Positions 24,775 to 37,200 of a stretch of DNA of 64,000 nt are shown here, piece after piece (the stretch's first letter is position 1; the number at the start of each line of letters is the position of its first letter). Location of the stretch: assembly GCA_964188305.1 (NCBI GenBank), contig OZ076894.1. The stretch is one strand, 5' to 3'. Position numbers and translations under genes: made by a program. The notes beneath the pieces were generated by a model. It was not told the origin of the DNA. It did not search any database and was given only the letters and a program-made list of their open reading frames with translations. The stretch is from Podarcis bocagei (Eukaryota).

Positions 24775-27700
24775 ATGGCGGCGGCGGCGGCGGTGTCTCG
24801 GGTGGCGCGGCGCGGGGCGGCTGCGGGGCTGCGGAGCGGGGTCGGGGGCGCCTGGGCGGCGGCGGGGCCGGGCGGCGGCGGCGGGCAGAGGCGGCCTCCT
24901 CCTCCTCCTGGGGGGTGGCGCTGGGGGGCGGCGGGGGCGGTGCTGGGGGGCTGGTGGCTGCTGCGGGGCCGGGGCGAGGGCGAGGGCGGCGGGGCGCGGC
25001 GGGCCTCCCTCTGGCCGGGCCTCCCTCGGCTGCTGGCCGCCGTGCCCTCGCCGCCGCCCTCGCCCTCGCCCTCGCCGCCCCCGCCGGGCTCCCCGCGCGC
25101 CACCTACAACTTCATCGCCGACGTGGTGGAGCGGACGGCGCCGGCGCTGGTCTACATCGAGATCCTGGGCAGGTACGGGGCGCCCGGGCAGCCGGCGGGA
25201 GGGGGGGGTCGCCTTTCCCCCGGCAGAGACTCTAGCCCAGGCCGATGACGGCTCCAATGGGCACCGCTCCAGGCATCGGGGCGAGGAAGCAAGAGTTGAG
25301 AAGCGGGGGAAAGGGGTAGAATTAAAGGGGATGATGATGATGATTTCTTATGTATACCCCGCCCATCTGGCTGAGTTTCCCCAGCCACTCTGGGCGGCTC
25401 CCAATCGAGTGTTAAAAACAATACAGCATTAAATACTAAAAGCTTCCCTAAACAGGGCTGCCTTTAGATGTCTTTTAAAGATAGGATAGCTGCTTATTTC
25501 CTTCACATCTGAAGGGAGGTCATTCCACAGGGAGGGCGCCACCACAGAGAAGGCCCTCTGTCTACTCACAATGAGGGAACCGCCAGAAGGCCCTCGGAGC
25601 TGGACCTCAGCGTCCAGGCAGAACAATGGGGGTGGAGACACTCCTTCAGGTCTACTGGACCACGGCCGTTTAGGGCTTTCAAGGTCAGCACCAACACTTT
25701 GAACGTGCTGAGAGCCAATGCAGATCTCTCAGGACCAGCGTGATGTGGCCACTGCCAGATGCAAGAAGGAGGAGAGGAGGAAGATCCCAACTGTAGAAAC
25801 ACCACCTCACCAGCTTTTCCATTCAAAGCAGTGCATTTCCAAAAGTAGAGGGACAGCCAGCAGGCAGCCAGTCCGGCTTCTCTAGGGAAGGAGTTCCAAG
25901 GGGTCTGGCAGCAGCCACCACCCAGAAGGCCCTGTCCTGTTTACATTTTCCCATGGGGGCACCTGGCCACTGTGAGAACCGATCCTGGCCCTGCTGGAGT
26001 CCTTGACCTGTGCCTGGCTGTGTGTCCCCCTTGCCTGGTCCCCATGTCCCTCATTCCCTCCGGCTTCCCACAGGCACCCATTTTCCGGCCGGGAGGTGCC
26101 CATCTCCAACGGCTCTGGCTTCGTGGTGTCTGCGGATGGGCTGATAGTCACCAACGCCCATGTGGTGGCCAACCGGAAGCGGGTGCGGGTGCGCCTGGCC
26201 AGCGGGGAGCTCTATGACGCCGTAGTGAGGCAGGTGGACCAGGTGGCCGACATCGCCACCATCAAGATCAATGCCAAGGTGAGTGCACTGGGGCAGCGGG
26301 TGATTTGCAGCAGTGCCCCTTGGCTCTGTGAGCTGGGCAGGGAGGGGCAGCGGTGGCATCATCCTAGACCCTGTTGGAAAGTTGAGATTGGTGGGCCAGA
26401 AGCCAAGAGCAGCTCCTGGTTGGGTGGGGGCATGCCGGGCAACCAGCCTCAAGCGGCCATCTAAGCTGCCCAACACCAACTCCTCCCCCCTCCCAAGCTG
26501 GGCTGACGCCAGTCTCCTGATGATTTCCTGACCCCCAGAAGTGGGGCCAGGCTTCTGCCCCTCACCTGTGAATGAGGAGTCCAGATGAGGCCGGAAGGAG
26601 AGCTCAGCTTGGGGGGGGGGGCTCTCCCATGCTGTGTCCTGGTACTGACACCTGTCTCTTTCCTCCTCCTCCCCCCCCCAGCGCCCACTGCCCACGCTGC
26701 CCCTGGGCCGCTCCTCTGATGTACGCCAGGGGGAGTTTGTGGTGGCCATGGGCAGCCCCTTTGCCCTGCAGAACACCATCACCTCAGGCATCGTCAGCTC
26801 TGCCCAGCGAGGGGGCCGGGAGCTGGGCTTGGCAGCTTCGGACATGGAGTACATCCAGACGGACGCAGCCATTGACGTAAGGCCTGCTGGGCATGAGAGC
26901 CGGGAGGGGGGCAACGTGTGTGTGGGGGGGGGGGGCTTTTTGTTGGCCTGTCCCCTGAGTGGCGCAGGTGCTGCCTCTGCCATGCGGGAGGGGCCTGGGT
27001 GGTTCCTGGGCCTCCCTCCTGGCCCTTGTGGTGAGGGGGGGGGCACCCAAAGGGACCAGGGCAGCTCTGGGTCACTCCAAGTGACTTCCTCTCCGGTTTT
27101 CTGCTCTGCAGTTTGGAAACTCCGGGGGACCCCTCCTCAACTTGGTAAGACCCCCGTCCCCTGCATATTTCCTGGGAATGGGGGCTTCTGCTTGCACAGG
27201 GTGGGGGTCTTTGCTCGTTGACTGGTCGGAGCCACAGGGGGCTTGGCTCCTAAGAGCCTGCTGCTGCTGGATCAGGCCGGGGGGGGGGGGTTGGTCCCAC
27301 ATCCTGTTCTCACAGTGGCTGACCAGACGCCACCAAGGGATACCTGCAAGCAGGATCGGGGCCCAGGAGCAACTCTGATCTCCTGCAGTTTCCAGCAACT
27401 GGCATTCAGAAGCAGGGCTGTCTCGGGGGGGGGGGGGCAGAGCCCGGCCAGCCTCCTCCTCCACGCAGTCTCATTCTCCTTTGAAGCCATTTAGGCTGGC
27501 GGCCACCCCGTCTCCTGTGGGAGGGAGTTCCAGTGTTTAACTATGCATTGCGTAAAAAGGGACTTCCTTCTATCAGTCCCGAATCGCCCAGGGTTCATCT
27601 TTGCTGGATGGCTAGGAGTGTTAGGAGGGTGGGAGCAAAGCTTTTCTCCCCACCCCCCCGAAAGCCAACCTGAAGTGGCTGCCCTGGGGCTCCTCTCCCT

Positions 27701-28758
27701 GCCTCCTAGGACGGCGAGGTGATTGGGGTGAACACCATGAAGGTGACCCCCGGGATCTCCTTCGCCATCCCCTCCGACCGACTGAGAGCCTTCCTGGAGC
27801 AGGAGGAGAAGCGCAAGGGTGAGGATCTGCCCCCCTTCCATGGGTGCTGAGCCTGCCAGGGGAGAGAGGTGGGATTGGCCACTGTATGGTGGGGCTGCCT
27901 GAGCCCCCACAACCCAGGGATGTTCCTCCTGGCAGCCTTGAGTCTCTCTTAGGCTGGGTGGGCTTCCAGCATGGAGGGGGCCCCAGGGTCAATGACAGCC
28001 TCTCCTCCCCCCCCTCCAGACTCCTGGTTTGGCAGCACAGACGGCAAGAGGCGCTACATTGGGGTGATGATGCTGACCTTGACGCCCAGGTAGGTGCTCA
28101 GCGCCAGATCCTTCCAGGCCCAAGGGGGGCGGCAGTGCAGGTCTCCCCGGCTTGGGCTGGTTGCTTCCAGAGTGGGCCCTGGTTCTCCCTAAGCTGCTGG
28201 GGCAGAGGGTCTTCTCTGCTGGCCCCAGGAAAGCAGCGCCCCACATCTTTGGGTGTCTGCATAGAGCCTTCCCTCCCCGCCAGCCTGCTGGAATCCTAAC
28301 CTTGTGGCCCCCTCTCCCTCCCCAGTATCCTGTCTGAGTTGAAGATAAGGGATCCTGCCTTCCCCGATGTCTCCTACGGGGTCCTCATCCACAAGGTCAT
28401 CATTGGCTCTCCGGCACATCAGTAAGTGTGACGCCCACCTGCCTTGATGGGGGTTGGACTAGATGACCCCTGAGGTCCCTCCCCACCCTAGAATTCTAGG
28501 CTTTGGGTTCCCAGTTCCCCCTGGCGGGAGGGCAGAGCAAGGAGTCTGGCCTGTCTCTCTGCCTTCACCCCCGTACTCTGCTCTCACCGCAGGGCGGGGC
28601 TCAAGGCGGGGGACGTGGTCATGGAGATCAACGGCCAGGCGTCCCGGCGGGCAGAGGACATCTACGAGGCGGTGCGGAGCCAGAAGACGCTCACGCTGCG
28701 GGTCCGGCGGGGCTACGAGGCACTGCTGATGAACATTGTCCCTGAAGTCACAGAGTAG
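24775..28758 (+). CDS. HTRA2: Serine protease HTRA2, mitochondrial, 8 exons, ~423 aa
   Basis: Exons 24775-25172, 26074-26278, 26682-26876, 27112-27144, 27710-27818, 28020-28089, 28326-28421 and 28593-28758. IAP-binding AVPS (25039-25050), [25 protein letters not shown] and PDZ YIGVMM. AATAAA at 29532-29537. Confidence 0.97.
25340..25745 (-). repeat. L2-type LINE 3' fragment in HTRA2 intron 1
   Basis: Encodes [15 protein letters not shown]...[10 protein letters not shown] and [11 protein letters not shown]. Its 3' tail is also seen at about 47710-47790. Confidence 0.75.
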
Positions 28759-31240
28759 GGGCGGGTGGGGGTCTGGGCAGGAAGACGGACTTTGCCTTGA
28801 GCGTGGAGAGGACTGATCCTGCCCTCTGCCCCCACAGAAGGAGGGGGGCCCAGCGGGTGTCGGGTGGCAGTTCGGTGGGTCTTGCTCCTCTGTGGTTGTG
28901 TGATGTCAGCTGGGGGCTCTCCCTGACTTGGCAGGAAAGGCCCTTTGGGGGGCAGCACTTTCCTTTTTCCCTTTCCCCCTTGGCTATTGACCTGTCCAGG
29001 CCCACATTTTGTGGAGGGTCATCCTCCTTTGTCGCGGTGCTGCGCAAATGGGCATCGAAGGCCAGGCCAGCGGCGGGCTCTGGTTAGCCCCTTGCCCAGC
29101 TGTTTTAAAAGGGGCCAAGAGGGCAAGCCATGGGGCAAGTGGCCATCCCTCTGGGGGGATCTGGCAGCAAGGTGGTCCCTTTGGCTATTCCCCCCCCCAA
29201 CTCAGAATCATGTGGTACAAGCCCAGCGGGGCCCAATCCGCAGCCCCTTCTGCTCCCAGCGGGTGCTGCAGTGAATCAGGAATCCTTAAGGAGGGTCTCT
29301 TGCCACTGCAAGGCGGCAGCGGGGGGCCTGAGGGGTCCGTCTGCAGTGGGTGCCATAAAGGGTGGGGTAAATTAATGGAGGCCGGGAGGGCTTGTGGTTG
29401 CGCCATCCACAGGGTTCTTAAGGACTAGAAAGTTGTTTTTAAACCCTTCAGAGCTAGCCGCTGCTCAGCGCGACCTGTCTTGCTCCAGTACCAGACAGGG
29501 ACGGGCTTTGTGGCTTGGTCCTTTCTGCTCCAATAAAGGGTTCTGCCAAGGGGGCAGCAGCTTCGTCTTTATTATGGGATGCTCGAGGGTGTTTAATTTA
29601 GCAGCTCTGCAGTGCCTCCTGCTGCCCTCATTTGAGGTGGGGGCTGCACAACTGCTGCCCGGGCGGCTCAAAGGACTGGCACATCTGTTGCCTCGCCCTG
29701 GAGGAAGGGGGGGCACTCTTCCTTCCCCCCCCAAAAAACAAGGCTTGCATTGAGGGAGGGAGGGCTACTGGAGGTGGGCACAGAAGAGCCGCCCCCCTGA
29801 CCAAAGAGACGTGCCACCTCAGCGCTTAGCGATGGCGACACAGATTCCTTTCTGCTCTGCCACTGTCCTTGCTCCCAAGTGGGCTGATTTCTGCCGGGGG
29901 TGGTTTGCCTTGGAAGTGGTCTTGCTAAGCCCCAGGAATTTTGGGGGGTGGAGTGGGGGGCTGTTTGCTTTTGAGGGGCTCGGCTGCGTCTCACTGGGAG
30001 GGGTGGTGAGTCCCTCTGTGCCACCACCGGCTGCCCAGACAGGCCTCTCTTTCACCTCCAGCCGTGGAATTTGTTTCTCTGCAGCCCAGCCAGGAAGGAA
30101 AACAGGACAGGGAAAGTAAGGGGGGCGGGGGGGGGGGCTCTTGCAGGAGAATTAGGCCAGGCCGGCCGACTGACCACAGGGCTCCATTAGGACATTTCTC
30201 ACATAGCTCTGAAGTGGCCAAGGGAGGGAGGGTCCCGTGGGGTGGGTGTCCTAAATGCCCCTTTTTCTTGGCTGTCTCCATCTGAGACGCCCCACCCAGA
30301 TTAGTAGGGAGAAATAGAGCAGAGAGAGAGGTTTTTCTCCTACTCTCTCAAATCTCTCTCAAAATTGTGGACATCCAAGAAGCTGGATGTTGGAAGGTTC
30401 AGGACGGGTAAAAGGACGTCACACGGTGGAATCTGTGGAACTCCCTCCCACAGGAGGCAGGATGGCCACCAGCTGGAATGGCTTTAGAGAAAGTGACAGA
30501 TTCATGGAGGAGATTATTATGGATGGCCCTCCTTGGCCAGGACGATGAGTGGGCGTCCCTTTGGGCATCCGATGGGCCACTGTGAGAACAGATTCTACAG
30601 AGTCTTGTGATCTCGCGTAATCCTGGCCCTTTGGGGGCTACAGGACCCTTCCCTCCACCACACTGAGGGGCTGCCCGACCTGGCCCCCTCCCAGGTGCAG
30701 CTGGCTCTGGCCAGGCAATGCAAAGGCCTTTGGGGGGGTGCAGGGGGGGGGGTTGGAGCTTTTCCTGTCTTGGAGCTGAGCTGCCCTTTCCTCACACATC
30801 AGCTGAGAGGCAAGTTGGACAAAAGACATGAACTTTATATAGGAAACAAGAACTGGCCTTGGAGCCTGCAGCACCAGAAGGGGGGGGGGCTGTGCAGGGG
30901 GGCAGAAGGAGCAGCTCCTGAGCAGGCAGGCAGGAGTGGTGTAGACAGCCTTCCTCCTCACCCCCCCCCCGCAATTTCTCCATTGTGTCAGATGCTCCCA
31001 TTTGTGGGAAAGAAAACAGCTTTGAGGGGGGGTTGGCCCTGCAGTTCAGTCCCAGCTCCCCTATGGAGGGGGGGAGCAGGGGGTCAGCAGCCTGCTTTTC
31101 TTATGCCCATTGCCAACTGGCTTCTTTGCACCGTTCAGGGCTGCGCCACGCCAGATGAGCCGCTGTCTGTCTGTCATGGGCTTTCAGGGTTCAGCCCCCC
31201 TTCTGTGGGGCAGGCCAGCCGGTGGCGTTTGTGGTCTGGC

Positions 31241-34200
31241 CTACAAAATCTGGTTATTGAGCTGTCCTGGGTACTGTTCAAAGCGCCTGTTTGCCTCCTC
31301 ACTGAGAGCATCACCTGCAGCAGAAGGACCAGAGGAGGGCATGAGGAAGAGGAGGGGACCCCCAGCAAGCCCCCCCCAAAAAAAACCCTTGGAAAGTACC
31401 TATATGGCAGCTGTGCACCCAGATGCGATGGCCGTCATACTTGCAGTTGCACTTCATGGCGTTGTTGGTGAAGTCGCTCTCCGCCACTTCGTACCGGGGG
31501 TTAATCACCACCTGGAGGAAGGGAGGGAGGCTGAAGGGAGCCCTGCGCCCCACGGGCTGATGGGAAGAAATGGCACCCATCCTGGGGGGCAGGGAGTGCT
31601 CTGAGAGCTGGACGTCAAAGCCCTGAGGAAGGGCTGGAGCGGGGAGCAAGGCAGAAGCTCCACAGGTGCGGCGCCCACTGCCATGCCTGCCCCACTGATT
31701 TCAACAGGGCCTGATTTGGTGCCCAGCTTTGGACGGCTTTTTGCTCGCTGCCAGGTCAGTGTCTATAGAGTTGCAGCCACAGGGCTGGATCAGGCCCTAT
31801 TTACAACAAACTAGGCAGGAAGTGGGATAGAGAGGGAATCGCTTCCTGCCTCTCATAAGACCAGGCTTGGCAGGGACTCACTTAATAGAAATGGAGAGTT
31901 GGAAGGCCCCCCTGTGTGTGTCTCCTCTGGGAGGGAATTCTGTGACGCAATCCCTTGCCCTCCCTGTCCACCATGCTCTCAAGCAATCATGTGCCTGGGT
32001 GCTCCAGACAAACACACCCTGTTCTGAGACTACCAACCTTAAAAGTGTTGCTATGCTTCTACTTTCCTGTATTTGCTGCCTGCATTGAAATGTAAGTAAA
32101 CAATTTTTGTATGTTTGTCTTACTAAAACGTGTGGTACCTTTTCTGCAGCAGGTAGAGAGGAAGGTCAGTGAACCTCAAATAAAGGTATAAAAAGGTATA
32201 ACTGCCTCATTCCTAAAATTCAGGAAGCTGCAAAATGACTTAAGTGTGTTTACTTTGCCAAAAAGGCTTCACAGCCCACCTCAATTCATCTGCCGAAGGG
32301 ACTCTCAGGGCCATATAGTCCAACTCCTGCAGTGCAGGAACCGCAGCTATAGCATCCCTGACAGTTGCCATTCACACAACCTGCAGTTCACCTGCGGAGT
32401 TTGCTGCCCCTCCCCTCCCTCTTCTGGTCTCACCTGCAGGATGTAGTTGCCAGCCTTGACGTCGGTGATGTCTATCCACTGGCAGTCAATGTCGTGGCGA
32501 TAGAGGTCCCAGCAGCCCACCGTGATGCCCTGCTCCCCAAAGTTGGCACATTCATAGCGCTTGCTCACGTCTGTCCAAAGAAGGGGAGGGGGGGTCAAGT
32601 CCTGCCAGGGGGCAGCAAACTCCTCCCTGAACCCCTGGGAAGCTGCTGCCAGTCAGTGTAGGCAACCCTGAGCTCATTGGACTCCTTTAGATCCCATTCC
32701 TATCTGGGCTTCTGAGCCTCAAAGGCAGCCACTGCCCCCTGCTCCCCCCCCCCATGGCCACAGGCACCCTGGCAGCTTCACCCACCCTCGTGGCATTCAG
32801 TGTCCTCCAGGCAGAAGCTGGCCTTGTGTCCCTCTGCGACTTTGGTGCCATTGGAAGTCAGGAGGTCATAGTGGGTGAAGACGTCCATGCTGTGGTAGTG
32901 CCTGGGGTGAGACATGGCGGTGTTGTGCAGTGGTTAGAGCATTGGACAAGGAGAGACCAGGGTCCATGAAGCTCCCTGGGCAACTAGCCTACCTTGCAGG
33001 GTGTTGGGAGTATTTAAATGAAGAGGGCAGAGAGAGAAGCATGCCTTCGCCACCTTTAGTTCCTTGGGGGGAAAGGTGGGATATAAACACAACAGAATAA
33101 AAAGAGCGAGAGACCCAGCCCTGAGCCCAGAGGAGGGTGAGTGCTCACCCGTGACATTCGTGCCAGACCCAGGAGTGGCGCCCTGCCTTGGGGCGAAAGT
33201 CGGCCCGGCCGTTGTTGTGGATCTGCGAGGAGAAGCGCAGGAGGCGGCGGTGGCCGTAGGGCCAGTTGGCATTGCGGGCGCTGCTGGACAGGCAGTTCTC
33301 CTCCGCAGCGCAGTAGAGCATGTGCAGAGGGCGGTCCTCAATGTACGCCGTCTCTTGTACCAGGGGGGCATGCAGCAGCAAGTCCGAGGCAGCTGTGAAG
33401 AGAGAAGGGGAGGGGGCCGGGCCCAGCAGCTGTGGGGCTAGCCCAAGGCATAGGGCCACCTGAAGAGCCCGCCTCTGCTGTGGGGCTGGCCCCTCTGCCT
33501 CTCAGTGACCCCAGTGAAGGTGGGAGGGCATGTCTCTCAAAGGAGCCCCTTCCTCCCCTGACCCCCAACTGGCTTCCAGGTGGGCTTGCTCCCAGGAGCA
33601 GGCCCAGGGGTCTCCTTCTGCCCCCCAGCAGTCCCTCCCCTGCCTCACTTTCTGAGCAGATGACTCCAGCGGCGAATCGGGTGCCCGTCTTGGGGCAGTT
33701 GAGGGTGCTGTGGTGCTGGCAGTGGCTGAGCGCCATCTCGTGCCCGCCACACTTCACTCCGCTCAGCACCATCTCCGTCACGTTGCTGGCATCCCAGTAC
33801 CACGTTTCCTGGGGACAGAGCACAAGAGGCAGGGCAGTGGGGCACCTTCGCCCCTCTCTGTGGCCAGCACAAGCAGAGGCACCAAACAGAAGGGTCTCAG
33901 AAGGGCCCTCCAAGGGCCATCTAGTCCGGCCCCCTGAAATGCAGGAATCGCAACTAAAGCCTCTGGGACAGGGGGCCACCCAGCCTCTGCTACCAACCTC
34001 CTGAGGGAGTCTGTTGTGCTGGTTCCCAAATCCTGTTCCTGCAGTGTCCAACCAGAGGCCAGAGCACCAGATCCAATGGACTCTCCTGCCTTGTTGGAGC
34101 AGAGCAGGTGGCCATCTGCCAGGGCTGCTTCAGCTGCCATACCTGCATTGCAGAGGGTCAGACTAGATGGCCTCTGGCATCCTCCCAACTCCACAGTTCT

Positions 34201-37200
34201 CTTGGCTAGTAGTAGCCCCCCCCTTCTTCTCCACTGGGCCTCTTCTCCTTCACCCAGCTGCCCTCCCAGGAAACCCCTCCCCCTGACTGCCTCCTTCCCA
34301 GCCCCACGGCTGCCCCACACCTACCGTCACGGCATGCATGGCGTAGCCCAGGCCGAGTTGGCGACAGGCCACCATGGCCTCGGTGGTGCTCCAGCCGGTG
34401 CTGCAGACGGTGCCCCAGCGGCCGGCGTGCTTCACCTCCACGCGCCCCTCAAACGCCGTTCGCCCCCCGGCGATGCGGATCTGTGGGGAAGCCCAGCGAT
34501 GAGCTGGCGGCTGTCCCTCCCCATCCTGGCTGGCTACCCCTTCCCACCAGCCAAGGCCAGGAAGGCAGTGGCCGCCCTCAGCCCCAGCCGAGTGGGGGGC
34601 ACGTCATCGTGGCCTCAAGGGTTCCCCAGCCCTGGCGCAAACCAAGCCCCTCCCCCACAGGGGCACTGGGGGTTGCCAGCCCCAATCTGCATAGGGGGAG
34701 TTGTGGGCTGGGAAAAGCCTGCAGGCAGCCTAGTGAAGTTCCCCGTCCTTTGGGAGGAGCTGCTGCTGCTGCTGCTACTACTTGGGGGTGGAGAGAGGAC
34801 AAGGCCCCTCTTCCCTGGGGCCCCCAGTGCTGACCGTGGTTTCGTGGCCCATGTAGGGGACGTTGCAGCGGGCGGCCGCGTCCTCTGTGTGCTTGCAGTC
34901 CTCCTGCGTGATGTTCTTGTGGGGGCAGCTCCAGAGGGACTTCTCAGTGCCCAGGCAGCGCACCTCGTTCAGGTGGATCTGGCCCATTCCTGTGGCAGGA
35001 GAGGAAACGCTGGGCCTCTGGGAATGGCCAGCTGAGAGCCCCTTTTGGGGGGCAGTCTATGGGGAAGGTGGTGGTGGGAGTCAGAGACGGCCTGTGCCCC
35101 CTTTCGTCATCCCAAGCCACCACCCACATTTCCTTTGCCAGGCTAGTCTTTTCTGTAGAAGTATACTTGTTTCCAAAGTGAGCACATCTCTGCCGGTGGG
35201 GGCGCATGCAGAGTGGGGGGACCCCCCATGAACATGGGGTGCCAGGCCTTTCTGGCACCTGTGGCAGTCCAGACGGCTGTGGGGTGTGTGTGGAGGGACT
35301 GTTGGACTGTGGGGCACCCCTGAAGGAGCAGCCCAGGCCCCCCCCCAGCGGCTCACCTTGGCCCATGCGTGCCCCCGTCAGAGCCTCCTTGGCGCTCCCA
35401 AAGCCAAGCTCCCGGCACACAACACTGGCGGATGCCAGGCTCCACCGGTCATCGCAGACGGTGCCCCACTCGCCGTTCTTCAGCACCTCGACCCGCCCCT
35501 CGCCGGGCTTGGCCCCTCCCTTCAGCCGTACGCGCTGCTGTGGGGAGCAAAGGGCAGTTGAGACGCCCAGGAGGTGGTGCCCTGAGGCTGCCCCACTCCA
35601 CAGTCCTCAGAGGTAGTGCAGTGCAGTGGTTTGAGAGCTGGGACCTGGGAGAGACTCCACCACCCTGGAGCTCAGGGGCCGATCTTTGGGCAGCTGCCAT
35701 CTCTCAGCCTGACCTGCCTCCCAGGCTTGTTGCAGGACAAAATGGGAAGAGGTGCCAACTTGCGCTCCATTTGGAGGAAAGGAGGGATGTTGAGGTCATA
35801 ATAAACAGCTGTGTCCTGCGTTCCAGGGGGTTGGACTAGACGACCCTTGGGGGTCCCTTCCAATTCCACAATTCTAGGATTCTGTGAAATCGCTGGCAGG
35901 CTGGGCAAGTGCCCCCTGCTCCCTCCTTCCTCGCTCACCTGCCCCGCCTGCTGCCGCTGCCTCTTCTTCTTCTGGGCGTTCCCGGTGGCAAACAGCGGCC
36001 CAGGGACGCAGCTGACCACGGCCGGCATCCCCGCCCTGCAGACGCCCGTGGCGTTGCCCTTGTAGAACTCGAAGGAGCAGAGGGAGAGGTGCACCTCCGT
36101 CCCCAGGCAGGCCACCGAGTGCAGGCGGTAGTTGAGCGGCTGCCGCTCCAGGGAGAGCCTGCAGGGAATAGGAGGGGGTCAGAGGGCAGGGCTGGAAGGA
36201 GCACACAGGTGGGGCACCTGTGGGGCAGCCGTGCATCATAGCATCTGCCCCCCCCACTGTCCCCTGCACTCCCATACCAAGCAGGGCCCTCGGCTTCTCT
36301 GGACCTGGAATGACGGCTGCAGAGGAGCCTCTGGCAGCCGGGTGCCAGTCCTGCCCTCAGACTCCCAGGGACTCACAAGGCCCCATTACCTCTTGGTGCC
36401 CCTAAAGTCCTCCCTGCGTCTATGTTTGGGGCGAGACCTGGAGACCGGCCTGGAAGACAGACAGACAAGGTGAGGGACGGAGCCCACCATGCACCCCTCC
36501 CTCCCTGGGGCCGGATCCTTGCAAACTCTCTGCTCATTTGCACTGCTCCGGGATGGATCAGGCCGCACAGGCCAGCCCAGGCTTGTCAGAAGCAAGCCTG
36601 GCATCCACTCCCCCAGGACTCATGCCAGCAGCCCCAGCCCCACGCAGAGAAGCCATGCAGCCCCACACCGGCAGTCAAGCATTGCAGGGAGGAGGTCTCT
36701 TCCAGCTCTGCAGTTCTGTGGCTCAATGTCTCATTTCTGCCTTGGGACTCTGAAGAACAGGAGAATGCCCCCTCCCGCCCTCGCTGGGCATCCAAAGCCT
36801 CCCTCTAGCCCACCCCACTGTGCCCCACAGCACCACGCAAAGTGCTGTGAGAAACCTCAAAGCTGATTGCAGTCCCCATTTTCTCCCCAGCAGCTGGCAC
36901 ATGTAGGATGGTAGAGTGCTTCTGTAAAAGGAGGCTCCATTTAGCCAGGAGGGATCCTAGCTCAGCAGCAGAGGACATGGTGCTATGAATGCAGAAGAGC
37001 CCAGGATACCCCCCCCCCAAAAAAAATCTCTCGCACACACTCAAAATAAGAAAATTCCTTCCAGTAGCACCTTAAAGACCAACTAAGTTAGTTCTTGGTA
37101 TATACCAAGAACTAACTTAGTTGGTCTTTAAGGTGCTACTGGAAGGAATTTTCTTATTTTGACTATGGCAGACCAACACGGCTACCTATCTGTAACTGGA

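Noticed and set aside
31720-32260. AT-richer intronic segment resembling a solo ERV LTR
   Set aside because: No clear TG...CA ends or TSD could be defined; left unannotated.
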